A DNA stretch of 64,000 bases, from the NCBI GenBank assembly GCA_964106915.2, contig OZ066917.1. One strand, written 5' to 3'. This DNA is from Podarcis gaigeae (lineage: Eukaryota). Below, piece by piece: positions 1-12,256 of the stretch (the stretch's first letter is position 1; each line of letters opens with the position of its first letter). A program made the translations under genes and the position numbers. Under the pieces are notes generated by a model. The model ran no database searches. It was not told the DNA's origin and saw only the letters and a list, made by a program, of their open reading frames with translations.

Positions 1-64
1 AAAACTGAGATATATAAATGCAATAAATAAATAAAGCCAGGCAGCAGCTTTCTACTTGGGTTAG

Positions 65-682
65 TGTGCTGGGCCCGGGGGTAACCCGAGCAATGCGGTC
101 CAGGTCCGGTCCCGTATCCAAGGGTTCTGCAAGGAGTCAGTCCAACAGGGCCAAGGCAGGAAACCAGGCAAGGTCAGGCAAAGGGTCTAAGGCAGGTTCT
201 GGCAAACAGCTATGTTGCTCCTGCAACCTGGGGCTGAGTCCAACAGCCTTTTATCTTTGTCGGGGTAACGGCCGGTCCTGATCCCCCAGTGACTCACCTC
301 CCTGTCTCGCCCAAAGGCGAGCACTCCTCCTGCAAGTACTCAGATCTCTCCTTCTCTCAGACCTTAGTCTCTGCAGCTCAGGAGATGTTGGTGGGTTACT
401 AGACTCAGAGGCCGCCTCAGCCTCTCTGGACCCAACTGGTAGTGGAGCAGCTATAAGTGATTGCCCGGCTGAAGGCAATGAGGTAATCCCCGCATCTGGA
501 GCCAGGGCAGGCTCAGGCCCCTGACTCGGCCCAGCTGATGTTTGTTGCGGGGGAACCTGTGAAGACTGGGGCTCTTCAGAATCAGGCCCCAGACTTGGTT
601 CAGATGCTGCCTGAGGCAAAGGATCCAGTGCAGACTGAGACTCCTCTGTTCCAAGTCCGAGCCCGAGTCCCAGGCCATCACA
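65..682. mobile_element. Solo LTR of an LTR retrotransposon (Gypsy-like), 618 bp
   Basis: Begins TGTG (65) and ends CACA (682), with imperfect inverted termini TGTGCTGG / TGTGATGG. Flanked by an exact 5-bp direct repeat GTTAG at 60-64 and 683-687. GC-rich relative to the flanks. Confidence 0.75.
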
Positions 683-1167
683 GTTAGTTCCTATCCTCTG
701 TCCCTTCCAAAAAGGACTGAGAGGAGAGCAGTAGTCTGGTTTGGTAAGTCCCCACTCAGAGCCTTGCCTGCCCCATGAGGCAGCTGCCTCAGGCAGCATC
801 CCTCAAAGCATGGCACCCCAGTTCCGTGACCCAGATTTACCACTGGTCTCCCTGGCCTCTAAGAACAGAGAGGGACTGGCAGCAAAGCTCTGTGGAACAC
901 TTCCGCTCCTGCCAAGATTACTTTCTTCTAGACAATCCTTACTGAGTTTGCTGACTCCAGCGCAGGGGAGTGGAGCATTTTTGCCCTAGGTGGCAAAATG
1001 CCTTGGGCCACCCTGCCCACACCCATGCCATGCCACTCACCCAGTGATTCGTGAAAAGCCCCTGGCAAGTCAGAGTGTCATGGAGCAATATATATGGTGT
1101 GTGAGTATGAATGGTTGTACAGACACATTCCTCTGACTTGACAAGAGCTTAGATCATGCTGAATGCA

Positions 1168-1290
1168 CGCAGAAGAACAGAAGAAGAGGCCTTCTGGATC
1201 AGGCCAACCAGATGCCTATGGGAAGCCCACAAGCAGGATCTGAGCACAGCAGCACTCTCATCTCCTGTGGTTTCCAGCAACTGGTATTCA
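1168..1290 (-). mobile_element. CR1-type LINE 3' end fragment
   Basis: AGAAGAACAGAAGAAGAGGCCTTCTGGATCAGGCC...CAACTGGTATTCAGAAG. The same family occurs at 5735-5940 and 61323-61560, where it adjoins CR1 RT-coding sequence. Confidence 0.55.
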
Positions 1291-1560
1291 GAAGTATACT
1301 GTATCCGCCAGGTGTGTGTGCCTATGCCAGTATAATCAAATGAGAAGCCAGCATTGTTCCTTTATGGGTGAAATGCTCATATTATGATGGGCAGGCATGT
1401 ATATTGCAGAAACTCTTGCCTCTGGTGATCCCAGCATCTGGAATAGGTCCTACGACTCACCACCCTCTCAGTGGCATCCCATACAGGTTGACCCATACAT
1501 CTCAGTTGGAGCCACTGAGAACAAGTCAGTTTCGATCTGCACAATAACCTTAAGAATGGA

Positions 1561-1742
1561 TAGGTAGCCGTGTTGGTCTGCCATAGTCAAAACAAAAAAA
1601 ATTCCTTCCAGTAGCACCTTAAAGACCAACTAAGTCAGTTCTTGGTATGAGCTTTCGTGTGCATGCACACTTCAAAGCTCATACCAAGAACTGACTTAGT
1701 TGGTCTTTAAGGTGCTACTGGAAGGAATTTTTTTTGTTTTGA
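1561..1742. mobile_element. Penelope-like element end, inverted (palindromic) insertion with truncated hammerhead cores
   Basis: Near-perfect inverted repeat (about 1585-1655 vs 1674-1744). Direct repeat CTTAAGAATGGA at 1549-1560 and 1743-1754. Almost identical to the element at 43685-43941. Confidence 0.7.
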
Positions 1743-2229
1743 CTTAAGAATGGAAAGCAGGGACTTTGGAAGTTGCTCATCAACAGTTAGCACCTGCACA
1801 ACTTGTTGATCATAGTCTTCCACACTGTGGTGAAATGTCCTGTTTTCCTATTTAAAGAAATTCTTTATAAATCTATATTTATGAAAAGGACGTACAAATG
1901 TTTTGCGAATCCTCCCCCTCCCCATCATCGGGAAAGGGTTTATGCAAGTAAATTCCACTGAACAAATTTCGACTTACATACGTGGGATTTGGCTGAAAGT
2001 GTTCAGAACTTCCCAGAGACAAGGAATGGCAGCTAACTGGACAAAGCAGAATAAAGTGCCCTACGCATTCACTAATAATTTGAAAACTGGACACACTGCA
2101 AAACCCAGCAAGGTGGGAGAGCATAAATAAGACGAATACAAGAAGATCGCCCATATGGGTTCAGTGCATGGTCCTGGGGAGAGAAGCGAGACATCTCTCA
2201 GATCCCACTGCCTCTCATGTTTGCTGCAG

Positions 2230-3110
2230 AGACCAACCAGAGGGCGGATTAAGCCCGCAGGCAAAGCTGTCCTCCCACTTCGCCGGCTGAAACATGCTCA
2301 CAAGCCCGGCCGTGGGAACTCCCACGCCATACACGTGACCGGCAGGGAAAGAGCGCCCCGACGCCCGCTGGGAGATGTAGTCTTCTAGTGGCTCCTGGTC
2401 GGGGCAGGCGCCCGGCTGAAGAAACCGCATTTCCCAGGGTCCTCCTGTGGGTGGCGCCGAATCTCCTGCCGGCGAGCGGCTGCACCCGGGCGGCGTTGCT
2501 GAAAAGGGGGAGGAGGGAGGAGGTCTCTGTTCCGCGAGCATCGGCGTTTCCTCGCGCCAGCGCTGGAAGAGGAAGGCGGGTTTCCCGTGAGGCAACAGCA
2601 GCAGCAGCAGCAGCAGCAACTTTTGCTTTCGCAACTCTGCCGGCAGCTGCGCAAGCGGCGAGCTGCTCCGCTCTCGGACTCGCTGCGAGGGTCCCGCGCC
2701 ACCTGCCTCGCTCCGTCAGCATGAGTTTGTGGGCTCGCGTGGGCATCTTGGGCACCCTGGCGTACTGCGTAGCGAGCAAGAGGAGAGCCCTGGCCGAGCC
2801 CAGGAGGAGCAAAGCGCCGCGCGGAAGCGGCGGCGACGACGACGACCCGCTGGAGCTCAAGCTGGTGCAGGTTCTTTTCCGGCACGGCGCCCGCACTCCG
2901 CTGAGACCCATCCCCGATGTGGAGCAGGTGAGGGGGCCCGCTGCCCGGGGGTGGAAGGAGAGGGACGGAGCTGGCAGAGCAGGGCTCGCCGTCCCGCGCG
3001 GCCACCAGCGGGGCACCTTGGGCCAAGCAGTGTCTGCCGTCCAGCCGAACCTGCCTCCCAGTGTCGTCGTCGGGATGAAATGGGGAGAGGGGAAACCATC
3101 TATGCCGCCT
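2230..3110 (+). promoter_or_regulatory. ACP6: CpG-island promoter of ACP6 with E-box and ZNF143/THAP11-type motif
   Basis: High GC and CpG density spanning exon 1. CACGTGAC E-box at 2332-2339. CTGGGAGATGTAGTC at 2368-2382 is the reverse complement of the ACTACAnnTCCCAG motif. A (GCA)n run lies at about 2593-2619. Confidence 0.75.
2721..2927 (+). CDS. ACP6: ACP6 coding exon 1 (MSLWARVGILG...FRHGARTP...VEQ)
   Basis: ATG at 2721. Histidine acid phosphatase RHGxRxP motif. Basic N-terminus consistent with a transit peptide. Donor CAG|GTGAGG. 207 nt. Confidence 0.93.
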
Positions 3111-5077
3111 TGAACCCCAGGCAGAAATAATGCAGTCACTGCGTACATGCCATTTCCCTTTGCCTCTGGCCCTTTCCAAAAACAAGGGCCATGGGGGAAG
3201 CATCAGCTTGGGGGGGGGCGACATTCAGCAATATACCCCTCCCTGGGTTGGTTCGACCCCTCTTGGCTTCTTGCCCCCCACCATAGGTGCCAACTCCTAG
3301 GTAAGTAAAATATTATTTGACCCCCCCTCCCATAAAATATTTGAGGTGGCTGCCCCCCAAGTTGATGGGCATTGTGATTCAAATAGTATGTGTGCCTGCA
3401 GTGCCTTGTGATCAATTATATGGGGTTGTGGGTCACCTGCCCCCCCTTATTTTATTCAAGACAGCACCCCAGCATACATACACACCCACTGTCTGTTCAC
3501 TTGCATGCATGCGCGCACACACACCCATCCACACAACCACCCAAGTGGGAAGCACAAGGTGAGGTTCCCTTTTGCTCTCCTCGCTGTTTGCTGGCTAGGA
3601 AGATCTACAGAGTCAGACCGCTGATCCGTTGTCCACACTGGCTATGCTTCAGGCAGGAGCTTTCCCCAGTCCTACCTGGAAACGCCTGGGGTTGAACTTG
3701 GGACTTCCTGCATGCACAGCTGATGCTTTGCAACTTTCCTGTTCCTAAGAGGGCAGTTGGGCAATGACAAAAGGATGCCCAGCAGGGCCAGGAGGCTCAG
3801 CAAGTGGGGGCTTTTGAGTGGTACCGCCCCCTCTGATGCTGCCCCTGGATCTGGGCAACACAGGCAAGCCTCAGCCAAGATCAAACTGGAGGGAAACAGC
3901 TAGTTGGGGGTGCCTGGTTGTGATAGTGGTAAAAAGGGGGGGGGTAAAAGAACATGTTAATATTGTGTCCTTAAGTGTTAAAAGTATCTCTGCTACATTG
4001 TCTCACTAATCTTTGTAACAACCCTACCAGGTACTGTATTATGCACTGTGATTTTAAAAAATGTATTTATAACCCAGTGCTGTAAATTGGCATGAAAAGC
4101 AGCAGCCTGCCAAATAATTATCAGGCATGTTCATGCAGAAATACTAGTGGAGCTGATGATGCCCTGGGCTTGGAAATTCCTGGTGCTAACAGCAATCAAT
4201 TCCTAAAGAAAGTGCTGCATTTTTCCCCCCAGCTGACCTAAAAAGTCATTTGGCACATCAGGAGCAGGTTGGAGGAAGCGGAAGTGGTCCGAGGAGCAGC
4301 AGAGGTTGCTGAGTTTACTAGCTCAGGGCTGTCAGTGTGGGCATTTTCACGAGGCAGCAGGTGAAGGAAGCATAGGTGGAAAATTTGGCTTTGCTCAGTG
4401 CCAGTAGCCACCAAGCGGAACGCAGGCCAAAGTACAGAAGGTACAGCAATAAGACACCTTTATACCGCCAAACCACAATCTGATAAAGTGGATATTTGCC
4501 CCAGAGTGCCTTGGCATAGAGAACATGGAAACAAACGTGGGAATTATGTTAAAATGTGGGCTGCTGCAGAGCTAAGGGAGTGAGCTCCATGTGAGGTCAA
4601 CTCTATTGTGGTCACTTGCTTAATGCCTGCCATTCATACTGGTGGGGTGTGCTAACTTGGGCTGCTCTGCTGCCTGTCAACAATGAGATGCTTCCTTCAT
4701 TACCAGCTGGGTGCTGCAGCCCCAGATTGTGAGCGCTGGAAGGTGTAAATGCAACTGTATGCCAGAGATGGGGAGTGTGCAGTCCTGCAGACATTGCTGG
4801 ACAACAATTCCCATCATCATCCCTGACCACTGGCCATGTATGTTATGTGCCTATTGATGAGTAAGAATAGTGACTCATTTATAGTGCTAATTCTCTATAG
4901 CCTTGTTTTGTGCATCTCCTCCTATCTTGAATGTTACCAACCCATAGGCTAACTAACCAAGTACTATAAATAATTTGATTGGGGTGCTTGCCTCTTGCCC
5001 TTTTAACTTCAGGAAATGCATGCATAAACATGCATTTGCAGTAGTGCAGGATAGCAGTGAACATCAATCAGCCTGTA

Positions 5078-5122
<45 letters not shown>

Positions 5123-6944
5123 ATCCCGCCCACCCTCCCCAGCCAAAGCCGGGCTCAGAGTGGCTGTATAGTCAAATTTGGAAATTTTTCACTCTGCTTC
5201 AACCAGATCAAAGTTTGTCTGTGCCACTGTCTTTCATAAACACGTGATGAGAGAAGGCATTGCAACTTTTACTTACCCAGTATATGAACTACTTACCCAA
5301 CACCTGCATTTCCTCTTGATTTTGTAGCTGGAATAGAATTAATGGTTGTGTTTATTTTTCCTTATGCACCATGTTCCTCTCTTGGCTCTACCTAGCAACT
5401 TGTGATAACTTCTGGTGATGAACAGATTTGGCAGATTTACCACCTAGATCATTAGGAAGTGCAGTTGTGAAGAAATTGAGACTGCTCTTTTTAAAGTTCT
5501 GAAACTCATACACTTTAAAGTGGAATTTCTGGGGAAGTGGCCAAGAACTATTGATGGCAAATATGCTTCTTAGGATGAATACAGAGAAACCCTGATATTT
5601 TAAACATTCCAGATATGTGCAAGCCTCATTTGTATTTTCTGTGTTGCAGTGTTTCTAAAGGCAAGTGCTTGGAATAGGGCAAGGATTGGGAGCCTACCAG
5701 CTTTTCCTCTGAGGACCAGCTGTTTAATAACTTAAGAGCCCTGCTGGATGAAGCATATCTAGTCTAACACTATGTTCTCACAGTGGCCATCAGATGCCCA
5801 TGGGAGTACCATAAGCAGAACCTAAGTGCAACAGTGCTCTCACCACACATAACTGGTCTTCAGAGGTATTTTATTTCGGACAGTGGAGGTAGAACATAGC
5901 CTCCATAGCTGGTGGTCATTGATAGCCTTGTCCTCCACAAATCAGCTGAGCAGGGTAGGAACACCTGCCATAGGTGATGCTATAATTGCGGCATTGAGCA
6001 AGGACCATGACTTGGTTCTCTGTATTTGTAACCCTGTCTAAAAGAATTGCAAGCAATCCTCTCTTGACTTTTTAACCAGCAAAAGAGTTGAATATAGTAT
6101 TTTAGCCCTGGCAGTTCTGCAGAGATCTATTTTCGCAAGACTTCCTGATGCTGGTGTCCATAAGGCATGTGCAGCACATTTCATTAGGGCTGTGCTTACC
6201 CAGTAAATTAAATTGAAACACAGTTCTTATGAAGCCAAACAAAAGGAGAGCGAGCACAAGGCAGAAGAACAACAGACAAAGACACACAAAGTGGGGGGGG
6301 GGGTAAAAAGAAGGGATGGAGACACGGGTGAACACACGGAGCCCATCTGTGCCCCCCCCATCCCATAGTCACTACTTTGCATTATGGCTTCTGAGTCATC
6401 CCCAAAGCAAACCCAAAACTCCTCACAGGCTGACTCCACTCCTACTCCTCCACGAAGTCTAAGAATGAGACACAGGAACAAGCTATTCGCTGCTGCTGCT
6501 CCTCTTGTTACACACACAAAGCAGAGCCAGCCAAGAAGGCCTTGCCATGCTCTGACTGCTTCTCCAAACACGGGGGTAGGAGCGCTCCCTACTGCCATTG
6601 TAAAAACATTGCTGAGGCTGCAGCCACTTTTTCTTTTTCAAGACATTAGAGCATGTATGGGCACACCCAGAAAGTATGCCTACATTGATGTTTTTGTATA
6701 TTTCAAAATCCTGGAGTAAGAATATTGTGAAATGTGTCACTGCCTGCTCCTCTTGTAGCAGCACAGCCTGAGCATTGAATGAGATGTTTTAGCACGAACC
6801 TTGCAGTTTGCCATGCCTCTAAGCCCACTGAAATAAATTTGATTTTCCACAGTAGTGGATTGTCAACCTCTTCTAGCTATTTGAGGGTCCCAGTTTGCCT
6901 ACTCAAATGCTTTTTCTTTTCCTTCATCCTTGTTTTTGGAACAG

Positions 6945-7073
6945 GTAGCATGGGACCCTGCTCTTTTGGAGACCCCTGCCGAAACCAAGTTTGACTACAC
7001 AGTAACGAACCTGGCTGGTGGGCCAAGACCTTATTCTCCTTTCGAGGAAAGCTACAAAAAAACAGTGCTGAAG
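6945..7073 (+). CDS. ACP6: ACP6 coding exon 2
   Basis: Acceptor ...GGAACAG|GTAGCA. Translates [43 protein letters not shown]. Donor AAG|GTGACC. 129 nt. Confidence 0.92.
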
Positions 7074-7154
7074 GTGACCCAACATGTATTCCTTTGGAAA
7101 TGTTGCATCTCCATTTATTTTTTCAGCCATTCAACAGAGCTTTTCTCTTCCCAG

Positions 7155-7285
7155 GGCGGAGTGAATGCAGGCCAGCTGACGAAAGTAGGAATGCAGCAGA
7201 CGTTTGCACTGGGGAAACGGCTAAGGAGACGTTACATTGAGGAGACCCATTTCCTCTCGCCAGCATTCAAACCTTCTGAGGTCTT
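7155..7285 (+). CDS. ACP6: ACP6 coding exon 3
   Basis: Acceptor TTCCCAG|GGC. Translates [27 protein letters not shown] (GQLT motif of the HAP family). Donor TT|GTGAGT. 131 nt. Confidence 0.93.
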
Positions 7286-7595
7286 GTGAGTCTCTGAACA
7301 CTCCAATTTCCTTCCTAACAGCTTTCTTGCTCTTTCTGCTGACTGTTCCGCTCCCTCCAAGCCCACACGGCATCATAAGCCTTAGCAAAGTTTCATCCAA
7401 AGTCCTCGCTTGCTTTTTCCCACACCACTGTGTTCAGTTTGTTAAGAATCTCCAGCTAGAACAGATAGCAGCGCTTGGTACTGCCATATTGGTGGCTCAC
7501 AGATTGCTGAAACCCCTCAAGTCCCACCCCGTGTCAGTTTGTACAGGGAGCAGCCCACTGTGTTCCCATTTCATTGGCTGCCTTCTGTCTTTCAG

Positions 7596-7675
7596 TGTCC
7601 GTTCCACTAACATTGTTCGGAATCTGGAGTCCACGCGGTGTTTGCTAGCTGGGCTGTTCCAACAGCAGAAAGAAG
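7596..7675 (+). CDS. ACP6: ACP6 coding exon 4
   Basis: Acceptor TCTTTCAG|TGTC. Translates [26 protein letters not shown]. Donor G|GTCAGC. 80 nt. Confidence 0.93.
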
Positions 7676-7812
7676 GTCAGCAATGAAGGGGAGCTCCTTG
7701 CTCCTCTGTTCGCAGTCCTGCCTTGGAGTCTCTTTCCTAACAGAGATCTTTACACCACTGTTCTCTTTCTAGATCTTCTGTTTATCACTGTCTATTATGC
7801 CATACCCTAGTG

Positions 7813-7948
7813 CAGTGTTTCTCAGACTTGGGTCCCCAGCTGCTGTTGGACTACAACTCCCATCATCCCTATCTAGCAGTACCAATGGCCAGGAATGATG
7901 GGAGTTGTAGTCTAACAACAGCTGGGGACCTGAGCTTGAGAAACACTG
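7813..7948. mobile_element. Non-autonomous hAT (Charlie-like) MITE, palindromic
   Basis: Termini CAGTGTTTCTCA...TGAGAAACACTG. Exact 8-bp TSD CCCTAGTG at 7805-7812 and 7949-7956. Internal inverted GACTACAACTCCCATCAT arms. Confidence 0.9.
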
Positions 7949-8474
7949 CCCTAGTGGATTCTGATAGGCTACACTTGCACTCTAAATGAGGAATTTCACG
8001 TTTAGAAGGAACTGGTGACTACTCAGAAAAGGAGTGCTATGTTGGCTCCCTTGCTGCAACTCCTAGGGTAGAGGATGTAGTTTGCAAGGTTTGTGGTGTT
8101 GGTGGGCTTTTATTTGTACAGTCATGCAATTGGGTGCAGCTCATGCACTGCATCATTTTGGGAATGTTTTCACTGGGGGGGCTCACCATGGCAACTGCAT
8201 CTGGCCCAGGAGCTAGTAGCATGTTGCAGAGCTGGCCTCAGAAGGGCCCAGACCCCTGCTGCTCCCACAAGTATACCTCTTGCTGCATGCCTGCTTCACA
8301 ATCCTTTGTTAATGCATGCAGGTATCCTCTACATGCCTCCCTTTACCCAGGCAAGGCAAACATCAATCATAAGTTTCTGAGACAGCAGAGAGCTTGACCC
8401 CCGTAGTCAGCACACCTTGCATCATGCCCATTGCACCATTGACACCCTACTACCCTTGAGAACTGAAGGAGATG

Positions 8475-8994
8475 GAAAATTCAGCGGCCAGGTTGCTCAC
8501 TGGAGCAAGACGGTCTGAGCATATTACACCGATCCTAGTCTGACTGCACTGGCTACCAGTTAGTTTCCGGCCCCAATACAAAGTGCTGGTTTTGACCTAT
8601 AAAGCCTTAAAACGGTTCAGGACCACAATACCTCAAGGACTGCCTCTTTCCATATGAACCTACCCAGTCTCTGAGATCATCTTTTGACGCCCTCCTTCAT
8701 GTGCCGCCTCCTCGAGGTCCAGAGGGTGGCAACACGAAAACGGGCCTTCTCTGCAGTGGCTCCCTGTCTGTGGAATGCTCTCCCCAGGGAAGTTCGCCTG
8801 GCACCTTCATTATACACCAGGCAAAAATGTTCCTATTTAACCAGGCATTTGATTGACATTCTATGCCCTTTTAAAATGTGTTTTCTTGGGGGGGGTATTG
8901 GGGGGTTGTTCTTTATTTTGATTATGTATATTGTGGTTTTATATTTTGACTTTATTCTGTGAACCACCCTGAGACCTCTGGGCATAGGGCGGTA

Positions 8995-9032
<38 letters not shown>
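8475..9032 (+). mobile_element. L2-clade LINE 3' fragment with (TTA)n tail
   Basis: Degenerate RT C-terminus NSAARLLTGARRSEHITPIL..LHWLPVSFR..YKVLVLTYKAL. Ends TGTGAACCACCCTGAG...GGGCGGTATA(TTA)n. Confidence 0.75.
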
Positions 9033-9033
<1 letters not shown>

Positions 9034-10341
9034 AATAAATCCAAAATTTACAGGAAAAAAGAGACAATGCAGGCAGAAAGAATGAGAAGGAAAAGGGGGG
9101 CAAAAAGGGAAATTGGCTAGTTCCATCTTCCTCCCAACTCCCATGATCAGAGTTGTGGTTCAAAACATGGGGGGGGGGGCACATTGGGGAAGGCTGACCC
9201 AGCTATTAGTCCCATTTTCTTGGAATCGCAGGTGGTCAGAGCACTGTTGCACTCAGGTCCTGCCTGAGGGTTTCCCATAGGCAACTGGTCAGCCATTGTG
9301 GACTAGGTCGGACCTTAGCTAATCCAGCAGGCTCTTCTTATGTTCCTAAGGAGAAGGATCGAAATGATGCTGCTAACTGGCAGCCAGAACAAAACTAAAT
9401 GGGAAGGCAATGGCCATACTGCGTGTGGCATGCACCTTGAGGGTTGGGAATGAGCCTCTATTCAGAACCTTTAGTTGCCCAGCTTTAGAGAAAGATGGGT
9501 AACTTGGGTCCTCTTGATGTTGCTGGACTAAAACTCCCACCGTCCCTGGCCATTGCCCATGCTGGCTGGAGCAGATGGGAGCTAGAGTTCCCAACCACAT
9601 CCAAAGGGCCACAGATAACCAACCCAGCTCTCAAAGATTCCATATGCTGCTCTGAGCAGGCACCAAACTTATATGTGGAGCTGCACAGAGACCAGAAAGA
9701 AGAATGGAACAAACAAGTTAAATCTCAAAAGTTTTGATACTAGGATTAAGTAAATTGCAAAGTTCTGCTACCAAAACATTTGTGCATAAACCACTGTTTC
9801 TTGCAGAAACTCTTATTGTGTTAAACCTGATTATTGGGAAATGATTAGGAGGGGAAGAACGCTGCGCTTACTTCTGGTTTTGTAAACCCCAATGTTTACA
9901 ACGGTGGCTGTTACAAACTGCTTTGATTAAGATAATGGCATGCTGTGGTGTAAATTAATTTACAAGTAAGAGAATCATGTGGTGTAAGTCGTTCTGTGTA
10001 AGAGCAGAATATATCACCAACAAGTATCTGAAGGCATGTGTTAATAAGTGTGCTTTGCTGAGCATTTAGCACAGTGGGCTCTTGCCTTATTAGTTTGCAG
10101 GCATGATTTAATGCTTGCTTGAAGCACAAATGTAATTGGGAGCATAGACTTGTATGCTCCCAAGTGCAGGGGAAGTTCCCTAATGTGCTTTGCACAAATG
10201 AGGGTCGAGATGGGTAAGAGATTGTCCTAGGATTATAAACTATTTTAAATCAGTACAAGATGTGTTTGAATTAATTCTCAACAGCCCGAAACTTTAAACC
10301 ATGAATTGCAAGTGCATTCAATGTTTTTTTGTCTTGTACAG

Positions 10342-10429
10342 GACCCATTACCATAGTTACAGATGAAGCAGACTCTGAAATCCTTTATCCCAACCCAGTG
10401 AACTGCCATGGACTGAAAGTCATGAACAG
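10342..10429 (+). CDS. ACP6: ACP6 coding exon 5
   Basis: Acceptor TTGTACAG|GACCC. Translates GPITIVTDEADSEILYPNPVNCHGLKVMNR. Donor AG|GTAGCA. 88 nt. Confidence 0.9.
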
Positions 10430-12120
10430 GTAGCATGCCACAAACATTCTGTCTGGTGCCACTGTGCAGACAGAGGGTGCAGTAGTTATTGCAGCAAGGC
10501 CTTTCAGAAGACCTTGACCTAAATTATATGCATGACATCAGTTGATTGCCAAAAGCAATGTGCTCCCCTAAACCCTGTGAACGGTTCTGGATCTGTTCAA
10601 GCATTTAAAAGAACATGTGAGAAGTGTTCAAACTGGGCAGAGGAGCATAACCTAGCCACCCCTGCTCCTCCTTTTGCAAGAAGGATTGAGCTGCATTCAG
10701 AATCATCTTTATCAGGAACTTGTGCAGTCAGCATGCAAAGGTTTGCTGGGCTGGGGAGCTGCACATTTTCACATGCTTCAGTTTGAGCCTTCATACACGC
10801 TTGAACCTGAAAGACACCTTCTGACTTCCTGGGGGCGGTTGGCTTGTTGCATCCCTCACAGAACGGTTCCAGTGTTCCTCTGTGAAGCAAGCCCAGGCTT
10901 GCCATTCTTACCTTGCCTCTTTCCCTGCACTTTTTATGCCATTGCAAAAGTCTCCTTAGGGAATGATTGTGTCAGATGTAGCCATAGCCTAAAAGCTGCT
11001 GACGTGTAAGATTGTGAGACGAGAACAAAATGGCCAAAGCAAATCATGCTCTTATTGTATGTTACAGTAGTTGTGCAACTATGTTGTGAATAGACTATTT
11101 TCAATTAAAAAAAAAAGCAGTTGGAATGAAAACTTATGAAGTAGCCTACCATACTTCTGTGTCTCACAGCTTGACTACTTAAACGGCTCAGATGATAGCA
11201 TTTGTTTCCCCAAACTTATACTGTAGCGACCGGTTGCATTTTGTGGAGCGGCTATTGTGCTTGCTGTAGGCTCCTCTGGGATTATGATGGGAAAGGGCTC
11301 TCTAATATGCTGCTTGACAATTCTAGTGATTCGGTGAACTGCGTAACTGGTGCCCAGTCAGCTCAAATAAAAGCAAGTATGATCACGCTCTTGTCAAAAG
11401 CCCATGGGACAGAGAGTGAACGCCAATTCCCTAACTCCTGGCAGAGCCAATACGATGCTATTATAATCACTATATTCTAAAACAACCCCATATGCAATTC
11501 TGCTTCTCTTTTAAGAACTGCATCCGTAACAGTTTCCTTTTCAGGGAAGCTGTGGCAAAACTAGGAATTTTCAAAGGTGGCTGTAGGCAAGCTTGCCACC
11601 TTGTCCCTGCAATTGAAGGGGCCTGGGGCCGTGCAACATCAGTGTGGCGTGCACACATGATGCAAGCATGCCCTGTGGACCTGGCCCCACGTCCCCCCCC
11701 CACTTGGTGCCCCTGGCCATAGGCTACTCTTGTACAATGGTGCAGCTAACCTGTGGTCCCTTCCAGATGTTGCTGGGCTCTCAAATTCCATCACTCCTGG
11801 CTGATGGGAGGTGGGGTCCAGCAACATCTAGTGCACCATTGGTCATTAACATCTGCCCTAGTGAGGCAAGAGCTATTTAGTTATTTGCCCTGAAAAAGAT
11901 CTGAGTCAACAAATGAAAAATTACTTTCACGTGCTTAAGACCTCTTTCTTTTTTGTAACTAATTCTGATGCATTTAGTTGTCTATTGGTCAAGCAATCAT
12001 TTTAAGCCAAACAGCCCTGCACTCCTTTTTCCCTTCTAACAAGCAGGGGGATTCAAGCACAGTAGTTTGTGCAGATTGCCATTTATGCATTATTCTGAAG
12101 CTTTCATTTTTCCTTGACAG

Positions 12121-12256
12121 AGAGAGGCTGGCCAATGTGCTTCTTCTGCAACCAGGAATTGCGGAGGATCTGAAGACCATTAAAGAGAAGATGGGCCTTG
12201 ACAGCAAGAATGGGGCAGACTTCTTTCTGCTTTTTGACAACATTTTTGCAGAACAG
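12121..12256 (+). CDS. ACP6: ACP6 coding exon 6
   Basis: Acceptor TCCTTGACAG|A. Translates [45 protein letters not shown]. Donor CAG|GTATGC. 136 nt. Confidence 0.9.

Noticed and set aside
2388-2720. In-frame GTG-initiated upstream extension of ACP6 with poly-Ala
   Set aside because: It lies in a GC-rich CpG island where stops are rare. There is no ATG, it probably spans the TSS, and ATG 2721 already gives a normal-length ACP6.
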